Positions 35,839 through 44,717 of a stretch of 64,000 nucleotides of DNA are shown here, piece by piece. The position numbers and the translations under genes are program-made. This stretch comes from an uncultured Candidatus Saccharibacteria bacterium (GTDB taxonomy: Bacteria > Patescibacteriota > Minisyncoccia > Minisyncoccales > GWA2-38-27), in assembly GCA_964493085.1 (NCBI GenBank), contig CAZBLV010000010.1, positions 39,537 to 103,536 on the forward strand. The letters are read 5' to 3'. The notes beneath the pieces were generated by a model. The model did not search any database, was not told the origin of the DNA, and was given only the letters and a program-made list of their open reading frames with translations. Positions within the stretch are counted from its first letter, which is position 1, and each line of letters begins with the position of its first letter.

Positions 35839-36015
35839 ATGAAGACAAAAAAAGCAATAACAAAAAGGTTTAAGATAACAAAAAACGGAAAGATTATGAG
35901 AAGAGCGGTTGGAAGAAACCATTTTTTAGCGAAAAAATCCGGCAAACAAAGACGGAAAAGCAGGAAATGGGTCGAAGTTTCCAAAGAACAAGCAAGAAGA
36001 ATAAAGAAATACTAA
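35839..36015 (+). CDS. rpmI: Ribosomal protein L35 (58 aa; below the ORF-track cut-off).
   Basis: Manual translation MKTKKAITKRFKITKNGKIMRRAVGRNHFLAKKSGKQRRKSRKWVEVSKEQARRIKKY. Canonical infC-rpmI-rplT order. Confidence 0.85.
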   Translation: MKTKKAITKRFKITKNGKIMRRAVGRNHFLAKKSGKQRRKSRKWVEVSKEQARRIKKY

Positions 36016-36016
36016 T

Positions 36017-36364
36017 ATGGTCAGAGTAAAAAGAGGGACAACTGCCCACAAGAGAAGAAAAAAAGTTTTAAAAGAAACTAAAGGATATCGCTGGGGAAGA
36101 AAATCGAAATACAAAGCAGCCAAAGAAGCTTTTCTGCATGCTCAAACCCATGCCTACACAGACAGAAAAAAGAAAAAAAGAACCAATCGCAGACTCTGGC
36201 AAACAATAATTAATTCTTTCTGCAGAAAAAACGGCATGACTTACAGCAACTTTTTCCATAGACTGAAAGAAAAGAAGATAGGGCTTAATAGAAAAGCGCT
36301 GTCGCAAATAACAAAAGAACATCCCGAACTAATGGAAAAGATCGTAGAAAAGGCAAAAGAATAA
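36017..36364 (+). CDS. rplT: Ribosomal protein L20.
   Basis: MVRVKRGTTAHKRRKKVLKETKGYRWGRKSKYK... Confidence 0.95.
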   Translation: MVRVKRGTTAHKRRKKVLKETKGYRWGRKSKYKAAKEAFLHAQTHAYTDRKKKKRTNRRLWQTIINSFCRKNGMTYSNFFHRLKEKKIGLNRKALSQITKEHPELMEKIVEKAKE

Positions 36365-36367
36365 AAA

Positions 36368-36400
36368 ACCACCTCTTAAACAAGGTGGTTTTTGGTTTCT
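36368..36400. terminator. Bidirectional terminator between rplT and the purF-like gene.
   Basis: ccacct-cttaaacaa-ggtgg flanked by A-run and T-run. Confidence 0.65.
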
Positions 36401-37804
36401 TTATTCATGGTTCAAAGCACAATCCATACAAAGATTGCCCTTGGGCAATCCTATGGCCCGAACTAAATCATCAATGGTGTTATAGGCTAAGCTGTCAACT
36501 CCCAAGAATTTCTGTTTTGCCTCAAGGTCGGGTTTTCTGCAAGACAAAACTTCTCCTCTTTTCGTGGTCATGCCCCAAGGACAGTAAGATCTAATCTCTG
36601 GATTGGAGGATCTGACATGAACTTCGCCAAACCCCATATCTCTCGCCTTAGGAACAAGGTTCTGCCGAAGCTGGGTGCCTCTGACCACAGAGTCTTCGCA
36701 CAGTACGGCCCGCAAAACAGAAAGATCGTCCCCGAAGACTTCAGCAAAAATCGCCAAGCCCTCTTTTATTTCCCCTTCTGTTTCGGCACTCTTGAGTATT
36801 TTAATAAAGGCCTCTCTTCTTCTTTTTTCATCGGTGGAGCGGGTAAAGCTCCTGCCGGAAAACCTGTATCTGTGAAGGTGCTCGTCGAGAAAAGGAACCC
36901 TGCTGATAGTTCCTCTCATCATCTGGCGAAGGAACTCATGGAAGTAGCCCAAGGCATGGATTCTCCCCGAATCCGGAACAGGCATGACTAAATGGGGAGC
37001 AAGCCCTTGTTCAATATCCCTTCTGGCGAGAAAGCCGCCCAGTCTTTTTCTGACCAAAGAGGAAGGGACACCGTAAAATCTGGCATTAGCAAAAGAAGTG
37101 TAAACCCAGAGAAAACTGCATATCTGGGTCTTTTTAGAAGGTATCTCTCCTTTCTTTTCCCACTTTCCGTCTTTTAAAAAAATTATCTCGCCCGGATAAA
37201 GGTCTCTGACAATCTCAAAACCGAAATTGTCAAAACCACCGGTTTCAGAAGCTAAAACAGAAGATCCGTCCCTTTGGCCTAAGACCAAAGGCCATCTTCC
37301 GTCGGCTGAAAGCGCAGCATAAATCCCCTCGCGAGTAAGAATTAAAACGGTATAAGCGCCTTCGACTCTCTTTGACAGCAATTTTAAGCCGTCAACAATA
37401 GTTTCTCCCTGGGCAACGATTCTTCCTATTATCTCAACATCCTCTCCCTTTTCAAAAATCTCGCCTGCGTTCATGAACTCCTCTAAAAGCTTTTCTGAAT
37501 TAATTATATTGCCGGAGAAGCAAATGCTCCATGGCCCGAATTTGGAATTAGCAAAAAAAGGTTCTTGGGCTGTTCCGCAATAGCCCAAAGCTGCTTTTCC
37601 TTTTAGGCCCTCTGTTTCTCGGCCGAAACAGTGGCGAAAGAGTCCGCGTCTGCACTCGCAAACAATATTATTTTTCCTTAAAACGGATACTCCTGACCAT
37701 TTCTCTCCCAAATGCTGGAGATAAGAAGTAAGCCAGAAAAAATCATTTGAGAAATTAACTTCTGGAATCTTAGGATTAACGCTTAGAGCCAACAAGCCAG
37801 CCAT
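36401..37804 (-). CDS. purF: Amidophosphoribosyltransferase-like protein (PurF family) lacking the catalytic N-terminal Cys1.
   Basis: N-terminus MAGLLAL vs PurF MCGIVGI; LQHLGE vs LQHRGQ; FSGNIIN vs HNGNLTN. The PRTase half is conserved (EDSVVRGTQL, HVRSSNPEIRSYCPWGMTT) and there is a C-terminal CMDC. Confidence 0.6.
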   Translation of the reverse strand: MAGLLALSVNPKIPEVNFSNDFFWLTSYLQHLGEKWSGVSVLRKNNIVCECRRGLFRHCFGRETEGLKGKAALGYCGTAQEPFFANSKFGPWSICFSGNIINSEKLLEEFMNAGEIFEKGEDVEIIGRIVAQGETIVDGLKLLSKRVEGAYTVLILTREGIYAALSADGRWPLVLGQRDGSSVLASETGGFDNFGFEIVRDLYPGEIIFLKDGKWEKKGEIPSKKTQICSFLWVYTSFANARFYGVPSSLVRKRLGGFLARRDIEQGLAPHLVMPVPDSGRIHALGYFHEFLRQMMRGTISRVPFLDEHLHRYRFSGRSFTRSTDEKRRREAFIKILKSAETEGEIKEGLAIFAEVFGDDLSVLRAVLCEDSVVRGTQLRQNLVPKARDMGFGEVHVRSSNPEIRSYCPWGMTTKRGEVLSCRKPDLEAKQKFLGVDSLAYNTIDDLVRAIGLPKGNLCMDCALNHE

Positions 37805-38043
37805 TTTTTATTCCTTTCTTTTTTCAAAGAGCTTCCTGTCCGGACAGAGACCGCTTTCTTCCTTCCAATTGTGTCCTCCGATCTTTTATCGTTCTGGAGA
37901 AAAGGTGCCATATCGCCGCCCGGAGCTTTGGCCGGGCAGCCGAACTCGCATCTGTTTTTATCTTATCATGCTTCTTTAAAAAGAAAACCCCGCCTTATTT
38001 CTCGCGAGTCTATGCTCCCTGGCGCCCGAAAAGAGGATCTGCT

Positions 38044-38487
38044 TTATTCAGTCAGGTATTTGTGAGCTTTTTCTAAAATTTCCTTGGTCTTCTTAAAAGT
38101 TACTTGCTCTTTTGCCTCTTTAAAGGGAAGCCACTTATACCCTTTATGCTCTGAAGAAAGCTTTATTTCTTTTGTCTTTGTCTCTGCTAAGTAAAAACTA
38201 ACTATTTTAAAAACCAAAGGAGCGGTTTTTCTCTTTTCTTTGGAAAGATTATAGGTTTTACGGAAAAAATACTTAATCCATTCCTTAAAACCTTCTATGA
38301 ACCTAAGGTCTTTTATGCCCGTCTCTTCTTCTGTCTCTCTTTTGGCGGCTTCTTTGGCTGTTTCTCCTTGCTCGACATGGCCCTTGGGAAGATCCCAATG
38401 GCCGGCCTCATAATGCAAAAGGAGATAATGTATTTTATCTTCTTTTCTTCTGAAAATAACGACTCCGGCAGATTCTTCTTTGGGCAT
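38044..38487 (-). CDS. NUDIX hydrolase.
   Basis: Nudix box GHWDLPKGHVEQGETAKEAAKRETEEETG. Confidence 0.8.
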   Translation of the reverse strand: MPKEESAGVVIFRRKEDKIHYLLLHYEAGHWDLPKGHVEQGETAKEAAKRETEEETGIKDLRFIEGFKEWIKYFFRKTYNLSKEKRKTAPLVFKIVSFYLAETKTKEIKLSSEHKGYKWLPFKEAKEQVTFKKTKEILEKAHKYLTE

Positions 38488-40200
38488 TTATTTTAATGAT
38501 TTTAAAAACTTATCTAAGGATTTTGTATTGATAATGTCTTTTTTTTCGGCCCAGCCCCTTCTTGCCTGGGCTATGCCAAATTCCATAAAATTTATCTGCT
38601 CTTTCTGATGGGCATCGGTGCTTATTATCATCTTTACTCCGGCCTCCTTGGCTTGCCTGATATGGTCGTCTTTCAAATCAAGCCTTACAGGGAAAGAATT
38701 TATCTCCAACACTGTCTTGGTTTCTCTGGCTTTCCTCAAAATACTTTCAAGGTTAATCTCATAAGCGTCTCTTTTTTGGATCAATCTGCCAGTGGGATGG
38801 GAAATAATATCAATATTAGGATTTTCCATGGCTTTGATTATCCTTTTTGTCATTTCTTCTTTGCTCATTTTGAAATTAGAGTGGATTCCGGCTATCGCAA
38901 AATCAAGCTCAGCTAAAGCTTCTTCCTCAATGTCGATTGATCCGTCTTTTAAAATATTGGCCTCGCAGCCCTTCAGCACCTTAATTCCTTTTATGTCTTT
39001 GTTTATCTTATCTATCTCCTGGTTTCTTTTTCTTAGTTGTTTTTCGTCAAGCCCCCGTTCTATTTTTAAAAATTTGGTGTGATCTGCTATGCCGACATAT
39101 TTATATCCCATGTCTTTCGCTTTTTGGGCAATCTCTCTGATAGAACTCACTCCTCCGTCCCAGTCAGAATGGCAATGAAGATCCCCCTTAATATCTTTGT
39201 ATCCTATCAATCTTGGAAGCTTTCCTTTCCGGGCTGCTTCTATCTCTCCCTCATCCCTTCTTATTTCCGGAGGGAAAAGAGGAAGGCCTATGGCTCTATA
39301 AACCTCTTCTTCTGTTCTCCCCGCCAATTGCTTTTTCTTTTTAAAAACTCCGTACTCGTTAAGCTTTAATCCTTTTTCTGCCGCTATCCTTCTTGTTGCT
39401 ATATTGTGGTCTTTGTTGCCTGTAAAATACTGGAGAGCCGATCCGTAACTTTTTCTCGGCACTATTCTTAAATCAATATCCAGGCCCTCTTTAGTCCTTA
39501 CAGATCCCCGGGTAGTTCCTTTTCCCCAAACTTTTATTACTTCTTCCATGGAAGTGAAAAATTCCATGAGTTTTTTGGGATTAGAAGAAATTGCTAAAAT
39601 ATCAACATCCCCTATGGTTTCTTTTTTCCTTCTTACGGAGCCTGCCACGCTTATTTTTTCTACTTCTTTTAGTTTCTCGAGGTTTCTTGTTATCTCTTCA
39701 ACTGCTGGCATAATCTTTCCCAAGAGAAACCTTCCCCTGCTTTTTTTAACAAACTCTATGCCTTGAAGAATGTTTTCTTCTGTCTTTTTTCCAAATCCCT
39801 GCAAGTCTCTAATATCTCCCTCCCTGGCTGCCTTTTCTAAGCTTTTAAGATTTGAAACTCCCAGCTTCTTGTAGAGTATTTTCGCCTTTCTCGGCCCCAT
39901 GCCCTCAACAGAAGTAATCTCTTCCAGATCCAAAGGAAGCTTCTTCTTAAGATCTTCGTAATACCCTATCTTCCCTGTTTTTATATATTCTTCTATTTTT
40001 TCTGCTATGCTCTCTCCTACCCCTGGAATGTTCTTTAGGGCTTTTAACCCGCCCTTTTCGTAAATGTTTTTTACGTCCTTGCTCATCCCTTCTAAAGCAA
40101 AAGCTGCTCTCTGGTAGGCCCGGGGCTTAAAGGGGGTGTCTTCCATTTCCAGGTATCTGGAGACGTCCCGAAAAATTTTCGACAGCTGCTTGTTTACCAT
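38488..40200 (-). CDS. polX: Family X DNA polymerase with a C-terminal PHP domain (PolX).
   Basis: HhH motifs, Pol-beta nucleotidyltransferase region (GSVRRKKETIGDVDIL), and PHP histidines (GDLHCHSDWDGG...DAH). Confidence 0.85.
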   Translation of the reverse strand: MVNKQLSKIFRDVSRYLEMEDTPFKPRAYQRAAFALEGMSKDVKNIYEKGGLKALKNIPGVGESIAEKIEEYIKTGKIGYYEDLKKKLPLDLEEITSVEGMGPRKAKILYKKLGVSNLKSLEKAAREGDIRDLQGFGKKTEENILQGIEFVKKSRGRFLLGKIMPAVEEITRNLEKLKEVEKISVAGSVRRKKETIGDVDILAISSNPKKLMEFFTSMEEVIKVWGKGTTRGSVRTKEGLDIDLRIVPRKSYGSALQYFTGNKDHNIATRRIAAEKGLKLNEYGVFKKKKQLAGRTEEEVYRAIGLPLFPPEIRRDEGEIEAARKGKLPRLIGYKDIKGDLHCHSDWDGGVSSIREIAQKAKDMGYKYVGIADHTKFLKIERGLDEKQLRKRNQEIDKINKDIKGIKVLKGCEANILKDGSIDIEEEALAELDFAIAGIHSNFKMSKEEMTKRIIKAMENPNIDIISHPTGRLIQKRDAYEINLESILRKARETKTVLEINSFPVRLDLKDDHIRQAKEAGVKMIISTDAHQKEQINFMEFGIAQARRGWAEKKDIINTKSLDKFLKSLK

Positions 40201-40874
40201 GGCCTTCTGTTGACTTTTCTGTAGATCTTTTTAAAAGGAAGGATATCAAGGTACCAAGAAAAGATATCTTTTAGGCCGGGGCCCATGGGCAGAATATCCT
40301 TGCGTATCAGCAACAGTAAAAGGCAGGCGAACAGAGTAAGCACTCCTACTAAAATAAAGATGATCTCAAACCCGAAAGTAGCAGCTATTAGCCCTCCGGC
40401 CCCCCCCGTAAGACCGGTAGCAAACCCCAAAAAAGTGCTGTCCATAGCCCACTCATAGGCCTCTTGTCCTTGGTCTATGTGGCGGGTAAAAAGGGCGTTC
40501 CACGAAGGAATAACAAGAGCCATTCCCACGGCATGGACCATTTGGATAATATATATGTGCTCGGGAGCGGTGGCAAAAAGAAAACCGAAAGGGGCAAGTC
40601 CGTTAATAAAAAGGCCCAGTATCATTATCCAGTAATCATCTTTGTCCCCGACCACTTTGTCAAAATACTTGCTGATGGGAATCTGCAACAAAGATTTTGG
40701 CAGCCAGTAAATAAGAACGGAGAATCCGGCAATCTGCACCGCTTTAGCGGGACTGGGAACAATTTCTTGCAAGATAAAAATGGCAAAAATGGGAGACAGA
40801 AGGCCCCACCCGCCCAATAAAAAAAAGTCGCTTGCTATTAAAAATCTTATAACCCTGTTCATTTTTTGAGCCAT
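40194..40874 (-). CDS. Integral membrane protein (6-TM, MFS-like half transporter).
   Basis: Hydrophobic topology only. Confidence 0.35.
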   Translation of the reverse strand: MAQKMNRVIRFLIASDFFLLGGWGLLSPIFAIFILQEIVPSPAKAVQIAGFSVLIYWLPKSLLQIPISKYFDKVVGDKDDYWIMILGLFINGLAPFGFLFATAPEHIYIIQMVHAVGMALVIPSWNALFTRHIDQGQEAYEWAMDSTFLGFATGLTGGAGGLIAATFGFEIIFILVGVLTLFACLLLLLIRKDILPMGPGLKDIFSWYLDILPFKKIYRKVNRRPW

Positions 40875-40877
40875 AAT

Positions 40878-41282
40878 CTATTTTTTAACAATTGTTATCT
40901 TTATTTCTCTCTGGCGGGGCCTGTTGTCAAAATCCAAGAAAACAATCTGCTGCCAGGTTCCTAAAAAAAGTTTTCCTTTTTCTATCGGAACAGCCAAAAA
41001 GGGCCTTATTAAAGCAGATCTTACGTGGGCATACCCATTGCAGTCTCCCCACTTTTTGCAGTGCTCGTAATCCTTATTCTGAGGGACTAGCCTGTCCAAA
41101 GCTTCTTTAAGGTCTTGAACAACTCCTTCTTCGTATTCTATGGTCGTTAGTCCGCAGGTAGATCCGGGGCAACAAATTAAACAAATTCCTTCTTTTGTCC
41201 CTGTCTTTTTCAGAGTCTCTGAAACTTTATCGGTTATATCTACAATATCGTTAAACCCCTTGGTAGAAAGATTAAATTTCAT
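40878..41282 (-). CDS. YjbQ/UPF0047 family protein (secondary thiamine-phosphate synthase-like).
   Basis: GICLICCPGSTCGLTTIEYEEG...HVRSALIRPFLAVPIEKGKLFLGTWQQIVFLDFD matches the UPF0047 signature. Confidence 0.75.
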   Translation of the reverse strand: MKFNLSTKGFNDIVDITDKVSETLKKTGTKEGICLICCPGSTCGLTTIEYEEGVVQDLKEALDRLVPQNKDYEHCKKWGDCNGYAHVRSALIRPFLAVPIEKGKLFLGTWQQIVFLDFDNRPRQREIKITIVKK

Positions 41283-42301
41283 TGCTTGATTATACTAAAT
41301 CGTTTTTTCTGCTCCAAGCCCTTAAATATATTAAGCCCAATCCTCCAAAGAAAAATGATCCCCACAAGAGTCAAAATGGCATCTGCCCCCCTTATTACAA
41401 AGCCAAATCCCAGTCCGGCAGCAGCTCCCCTGCCCAGCGCCTGAAAAGCGAATACCTGTCCTGCCTCCAAAGCTCCCAAACTAGCAGGCAAAGGGAAAAG
41501 ATAAGAAAGGTAAAGAATAAACATTACAGCCAAGGAAATCTGAACATCAAACCTCCCCCCCAGAAAGTATATTATTAAGGCAATCCGAAAGAAAATACTT
41601 AAATATTTTAAAAAAGAAAGTCCTAAGGCTTTCCAGAAAAAAATCTTTTTGCAGTTTAAAAAAGCTGTCATGGATTTCTCCACATTCCATATTGTCTGAT
41701 TGTCCTGCTTTTTTATTCTAAGCAGTTTTAAAAACCAGACAAGCAAACTCTTTTTCTGATACGTCCAGAAAAAGAAAAAAGAAAGGACAACAACAAAAAA
41801 GGCTGTTATAGATAGAATCGCTATTTTAAAAAAGCCGGAAAGAGAAGTGGTAGAAAACAAGAAAACAACAGCCCCAAAAATCAAAAAAAAGAACAGGGCG
41901 ATCATGTCCAGCACTTCGCCGATGACGACAGAGGAAACATTTTTGTGCCAGGGCAAAGAAAACTTTTTCTTGGCAGCAAAAACCCTAAATCCCAAATTCC
42001 CCAAAAAGGCAGCAGGGGAAAATATGTAACTGATAGAAAAAGCAGCAATGACCACTGCAATCAGACTTTTAAGGGAAGTTTTGCAGCCCAGACTTTTCAA
42101 GATAAAATGCCACTTCCCGGCCCCCACTATCCAGATAAAAAAAGTGATAACTAAAACAAAGATTCCCTTTATGCTAGCGAAATTAATTAAAATCTCCTTA
42201 ATCTCTTTAAGTCCCACTATTTTGACTATCCAGAAAAGTATTCCTAGTCCTATTAAAAAGGAAATTGTCAGCCCTAAGGTTTTTTTTGTTTTCTCCATCA
42301 A
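41279..42301 (-). CDS. Integral membrane protein (flippase-like / UPF0104-like, 8 TM).
   Basis: Topology and G-rich C-terminal region; weak family assignment. Confidence 0.35.
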   Translation of the reverse strand: MMEKTKKTLGLTISFLIGLGILFWIVKIVGLKEIKEILINFASIKGIFVLVITFFIWIVGAGKWHFILKSLGCKTSLKSLIAVVIAAFSISYIFSPAAFLGNLGFRVFAAKKKFSLPWHKNVSSVVIGEVLDMIALFFFLIFGAVVFLFSTTSLSGFFKIAILSITAFFVVVLSFFFFWTYQKKSLLVWFLKLLRIKKQDNQTIWNVEKSMTAFLNCKKIFFWKALGLSFLKYLSIFFRIALIIYFLGGRFDVQISLAVMFILYLSYLFPLPASLGALEAGQVFAFQALGRGAAAGLGFGFVIRGADAILTLVGIIFLWRIGLNIFKGLEQKKRFSIIKQ

Positions 42302-42306
42302 ATAAA

Positions 42307-42960
42307 CTAATTGTCTTTAGGAGGAAATTGCTCGTCTATTTGGGCGAGAAAAGATACTAGAGCGGGATCATAAATAATCTCTTTTGCCCACCTTGCCCAG
42401 AGCCTTCTCCTGATTTTTCCCTGTTTTTTCCAATATTCCATGCCCTGCAGATAATTTTCCATTTTATCTATTTGTTTGACAAACCTTCCTTCCGGACTCC
42501 TTCCTTCTTCAAAGTCCTTCCAAAGTTCTATAATCTCTTTTGCAAGCTTTGGAGAAAGCGGGGCAACTACTTTCTGCAGCCCTTTAAGCTCTCTGTCGTA
42601 TTTTTTTTTGTCCTTGTCTTTTTTTTCAGAAAGAGTGAAAGTGGGCCATTTATCCAAAACTTTTTTTATCTTTTTCTTATCCTTCAAATTTCGAGGCAGC
42701 AGAGGATCGTAGGGGGTTTCATCTCCGGAGTAAACCTCGCAAATATCGTGGATTAAGGCCGTTTTCAAAACCCTCTCTAGGTTTAGCTCTTCTTTCTTGC
42801 GGCCCAAAACCCAAGCCATCATTGCTGTCCTGAAAATGTGGTCGGCTGTGCTTTCTCTATCCTTAAAGCCATGGGCCACCCAGCCCCGCCTGTCTTTATT
42901 CTTGAGCTTTCCTATTTTGCCTAGAAAATCAATTATGTTTTTTAATCTTTTCTTGTCCAT
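42307..42960 (-). CDS. HD-domain phosphohydrolase (YfbR-like 5'-deoxynucleotidase).
   Basis: STADHIFRTAMMAWVL and LIHDICEVYSGDETPY HD motifs. Confidence 0.75.
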   Translation of the reverse strand: MDKKRLKNIIDFLGKIGKLKNKDRRGWVAHGFKDRESTADHIFRTAMMAWVLGRKKEELNLERVLKTALIHDICEVYSGDETPYDPLLPRNLKDKKKIKKVLDKWPTFTLSEKKDKDKKKYDRELKGLQKVVAPLSPKLAKEIIELWKDFEEGRSPEGRFVKQIDKMENYLQGMEYWKKQGKIRRRLWARWAKEIIYDPALVSFLAQIDEQFPPKDN

Positions 42961-43024
42961 ATTGTATTATTATAGCAACAAAAAGCCCCACTTGAAAAGC
43001 GGGGCTGGAATTGCAAAAACAAAA

Positions 43025-43558
43025 TCAGGAGGTCTTGTATTTTATTTTTTTAATTTTATAAACAGTTTCTATGGGTGAAGAAACCGAAACTTGCTCTCCC
43101 TGCTTAGCTCCCAAGAGGGCTCTTCCTACAGGAGAGTCGCTGCTTATTTTCCCGGCTTCCGGATTAGCTTCCATTGTGCCCAGTATCTGAAACTCGTCTT
43201 CTTGACCGTTAACCTCTACTGTTACGAAAGCCCCCAAATCCACACAGTCCTTTCTTGACTTGGGGGGAGATTTGATTACTTTTGTGTTTTTTATAACATT
43301 TTCCAGTTCGGAAATTCTTGCCTCCAGAAGATCAAGATCTTCCTGGAAAGAAATATAGTCAGGATTTAAATCTTCGGATTCCCAAATATTAGGAACTTCG
43401 CTGTGAGTTTTAGCGAACTTTGCCTTTTTCAAACTTTCACACTCCTTCTTAACTTCTTTTAGTTTTTTGGGAGTCAAATAAAAGACTCTTTCTTCTTCCA
43501 TGGCGTTAAAATTAATTTTTTTCCTGGTGGATTGGACAATAGCAGATTTAAATCCCAT
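43025..43558 (-). CDS. greA: Transcription elongation factor GreA.
   Basis: N-terminal coiled coil and C-terminal FKBP-like domain (SSDSPVGRALLGAKQGEQVSVSSPIETVYKIKKI). Tandem cacTTGACA promoters at 43604 and 43706. Confidence 0.9.
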   Translation of the reverse strand: MGFKSAIVQSTRKKINFNAMEEERVFYLTPKKLKEVKKECESLKKAKFAKTHSEVPNIWESEDLNPDYISFQEDLDLLEARISELENVIKNTKVIKSPPKSRKDCVDLGAFVTVEVNGQEDEFQILGTMEANPEAGKISSDSPVGRALLGAKQGEQVSVSSPIETVYKIKKIKYKTS

Positions 43559-43769
43559 TTTTATAAGAGGTTAGGTTTCTATTTTATCTTTTTATATGCC
43601 TTTGTCAAGTGCAGTTTTTAAAAGATACCTTGGGGACTTTTTTTATTTCTTTTATAAACTCTCCCAGGATTTTAATTTTATTTTTTCTAGATTATTTGTC
43701 AAGTGTGGAAAACCAGACTAAAACCCCTTTGCCAGGGGGCTGGAAAAAAACATATTTTTTTAAGGTCTT

Positions 43770-44717
43770 TTACATAAAGTATTCGCACTCATCGCATTTT
43801 TCCTGGCAAAGACACTTGTTTTTTTCCAAAAAACTGGCTGGAATATGGCCGGCAGGAATTATGGGAAGCTCTCCTATGTCAGTTTCAAGATTCCTCACCC
43901 CTTCTTCTGATCTTATCTGTTTTTTAATAAGGTCATTTACTCTTTTCAGGTTTGGAGAGACCAAACCGATAACCAGATTATGGTGGTGGCCGGAGGGAAG
44001 CCTAACCAAGTTATAAACCATAGGGCAATTCTTGAATTTATCAATCATTCTGTCTACCACTTTAGCCGGGGCTTCCAAAGAGATGCTGGCGCTGACTTTA
44101 TAAAATCTTGATATTTTAAGAAGGCCTTGGATTTCTAAAAAATTATTCCCCATCATTTTCTCCACTCTTTTCCTGGCTCCCATGGGAGTAAGGCCGGTTT
44201 CTTTAGCTATTTTAACAAAACTCGTTCTGCCGTCCTGAACCAGCATTCTAAGAATCTGGCGGTCAATCTCGTCCAAGTCTTTAAGCTCCCAAGATTCAGG
44301 AACAGGATAATCTTCAACAGAAAAATCCGCCACCTTTACCCGATCGCACAAAACAGCAAACTTAATGTCCCCTATTCCCAGTCTCTTTTTCTTTTTTCTT
44401 AAAACCGACATGGCTGTTCTGTAGGCCTTGCCGGTAACAATATCGTTGTCTATTACCAAAACCTTTCTGTTTTTAAGCTTTTTTTCCTCCAGGCCCTTCC
44501 CGTAATCATCCATGGTAGTCAGGTTAACATTGAGCCCTTTCTCTTTTTTAAGCCAATGATAAAGCCCTTCGGCATAAAAAATTCCGTCATCTTCCAGGCC
44601 TATTATACAAGCCCTGTCCTCTCCGAAATAATCTGTTATTTCTTTACCCAGCCCTTTAATAAATTTTCTGACTGGCTTAAGAGCCAAGAAAGAATTTCCT
44701 TTTGTATTGTTTGACAT
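43770..44717 (-). CDS. Fusion protein: type I phosphoribosyltransferase domain plus Lrp/AsnC-type HTH and ligand-binding domain, with a Cys-rich C-terminal tail; putative PRPP/nucleobase-sensing regulator.
   Basis: VLVIDNDIVTGKAYRTA (PRPP-binding loop). IDRQILRMLVQDGRTSFVKIAKETGLTPMGARKRVEKM (AsnC HTH). C-terminus CLCQEKCDECEY. Confidence 0.5.
   Translation of the reverse strand: MSNNTKGNSFLALKPVRKFIKGLGKEITDYFGEDRACIIGLEDDGIFYAEGLYHWLKKEKGLNVNLTTMDDYGKGLEEKKLKNRKVLVIDNDIVTGKAYRTAMSVLRKKKKRLGIGDIKFAVLCDRVKVADFSVEDYPVPESWELKDLDEIDRQILRMLVQDGRTSFVKIAKETGLTPMGARKRVEKMMGNNFLEIQGLLKISRFYKVSASISLEAPAKVVDRMIDKFKNCPMVYNLVRLPSGHHHNLVIGLVSPNLKRVNDLIKKQIRSEEGVRNLETDIGELPIIPAGHIPASFLEKNKCLCQEKCDECEYFM

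Noticed and set aside
37805-38043. Purine or ZTP riboswitch in the purF-like leader.
   Set aside because: Only a short GAUAUGGCAC resemblance. The flanking P2/P3 pairing and conserved junction nucleotides of the purine riboswitch are absent, and no ZTP pfl consensus is present.
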